DNA from: Leptospirales bacterium
Lineage (GTDB): Bacteria; Spirochaetota; Leptospiria; Turneriellales; JAOUFE01
Reading direction: 5' to 3'
Length of the DNA stretch: 40,160 nt
Assembly (NCBI GenBank): GCA_040326155.1
Contig: JBEQLE010000029.1
Span: 1 to 40,160, forward strand
Below, one piece after another: positions 40,131 through 40,160 of this stretch. The notes under the pieces were generated by a model, which was not told where the DNA came from, did not search any database, and worked only from the letters and a program-made list of their open reading frames with translations. Numbering within the stretch: the stretch's first letter is position 1; every line of letters starts with the position of its first letter. A program made the translations under genes and the position numbers.

Positions 40131-40158
40131 CACAAAAAAATCCTGCGGTTTTTTTGTG
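40131..40158. terminator. Possible bidirectional intrinsic terminator upstream of rel
   Basis: CACAAAAAAA(40131-40140)...TTTTTTTGTG(40149-40158) 10-bp inverted repeat around TCCTGCGG. Confidence 0.4.
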
Positions 40159-40160
40159 CG

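Overview
Bacterial chromosomal segment with dense coding, moderately AT-rich. Gene content and protein style suggest a diderm organism, possibly a Leptospirales-like spirochaete (inference only). Housekeeping genes include acnB, a membrane adenylate cyclase, PAP2 phosphatase, YpdA-like reductase, yajQ, prfB, an AddA-like helicase-nuclease, sufCBD plus a Rieske ferredoxin and a LEA/WHy lipoprotein, the lysC-murI-lepA operon, a TonB-dependent receptor-exbB-exbD-exbD-tonB cluster, tldD, an MMPL/RND transporter and rel/spoT. Two accessory or conflict-type blocks stand out. (1) Between yajQ and prfB: a Schlafen/AlbA_2-ATPase-HTH gene with a repeat-rich 3' flank, plus two tandem hicAB modules, one with a degenerate toxin. 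(2) A translationally coupled pair: a catalytically degenerate SIR2-like domain fused to an intact-looking TIR domain, and a membrane-anchored nSTAND1-type NTPase with a TPR/Sel1 tail, directly upstream of the TonB uptake cluster. No rRNA, tRNA, CRISPR array, transposase or integrase was seen. All assignments come from motif recognition by eye; no database searches were run.
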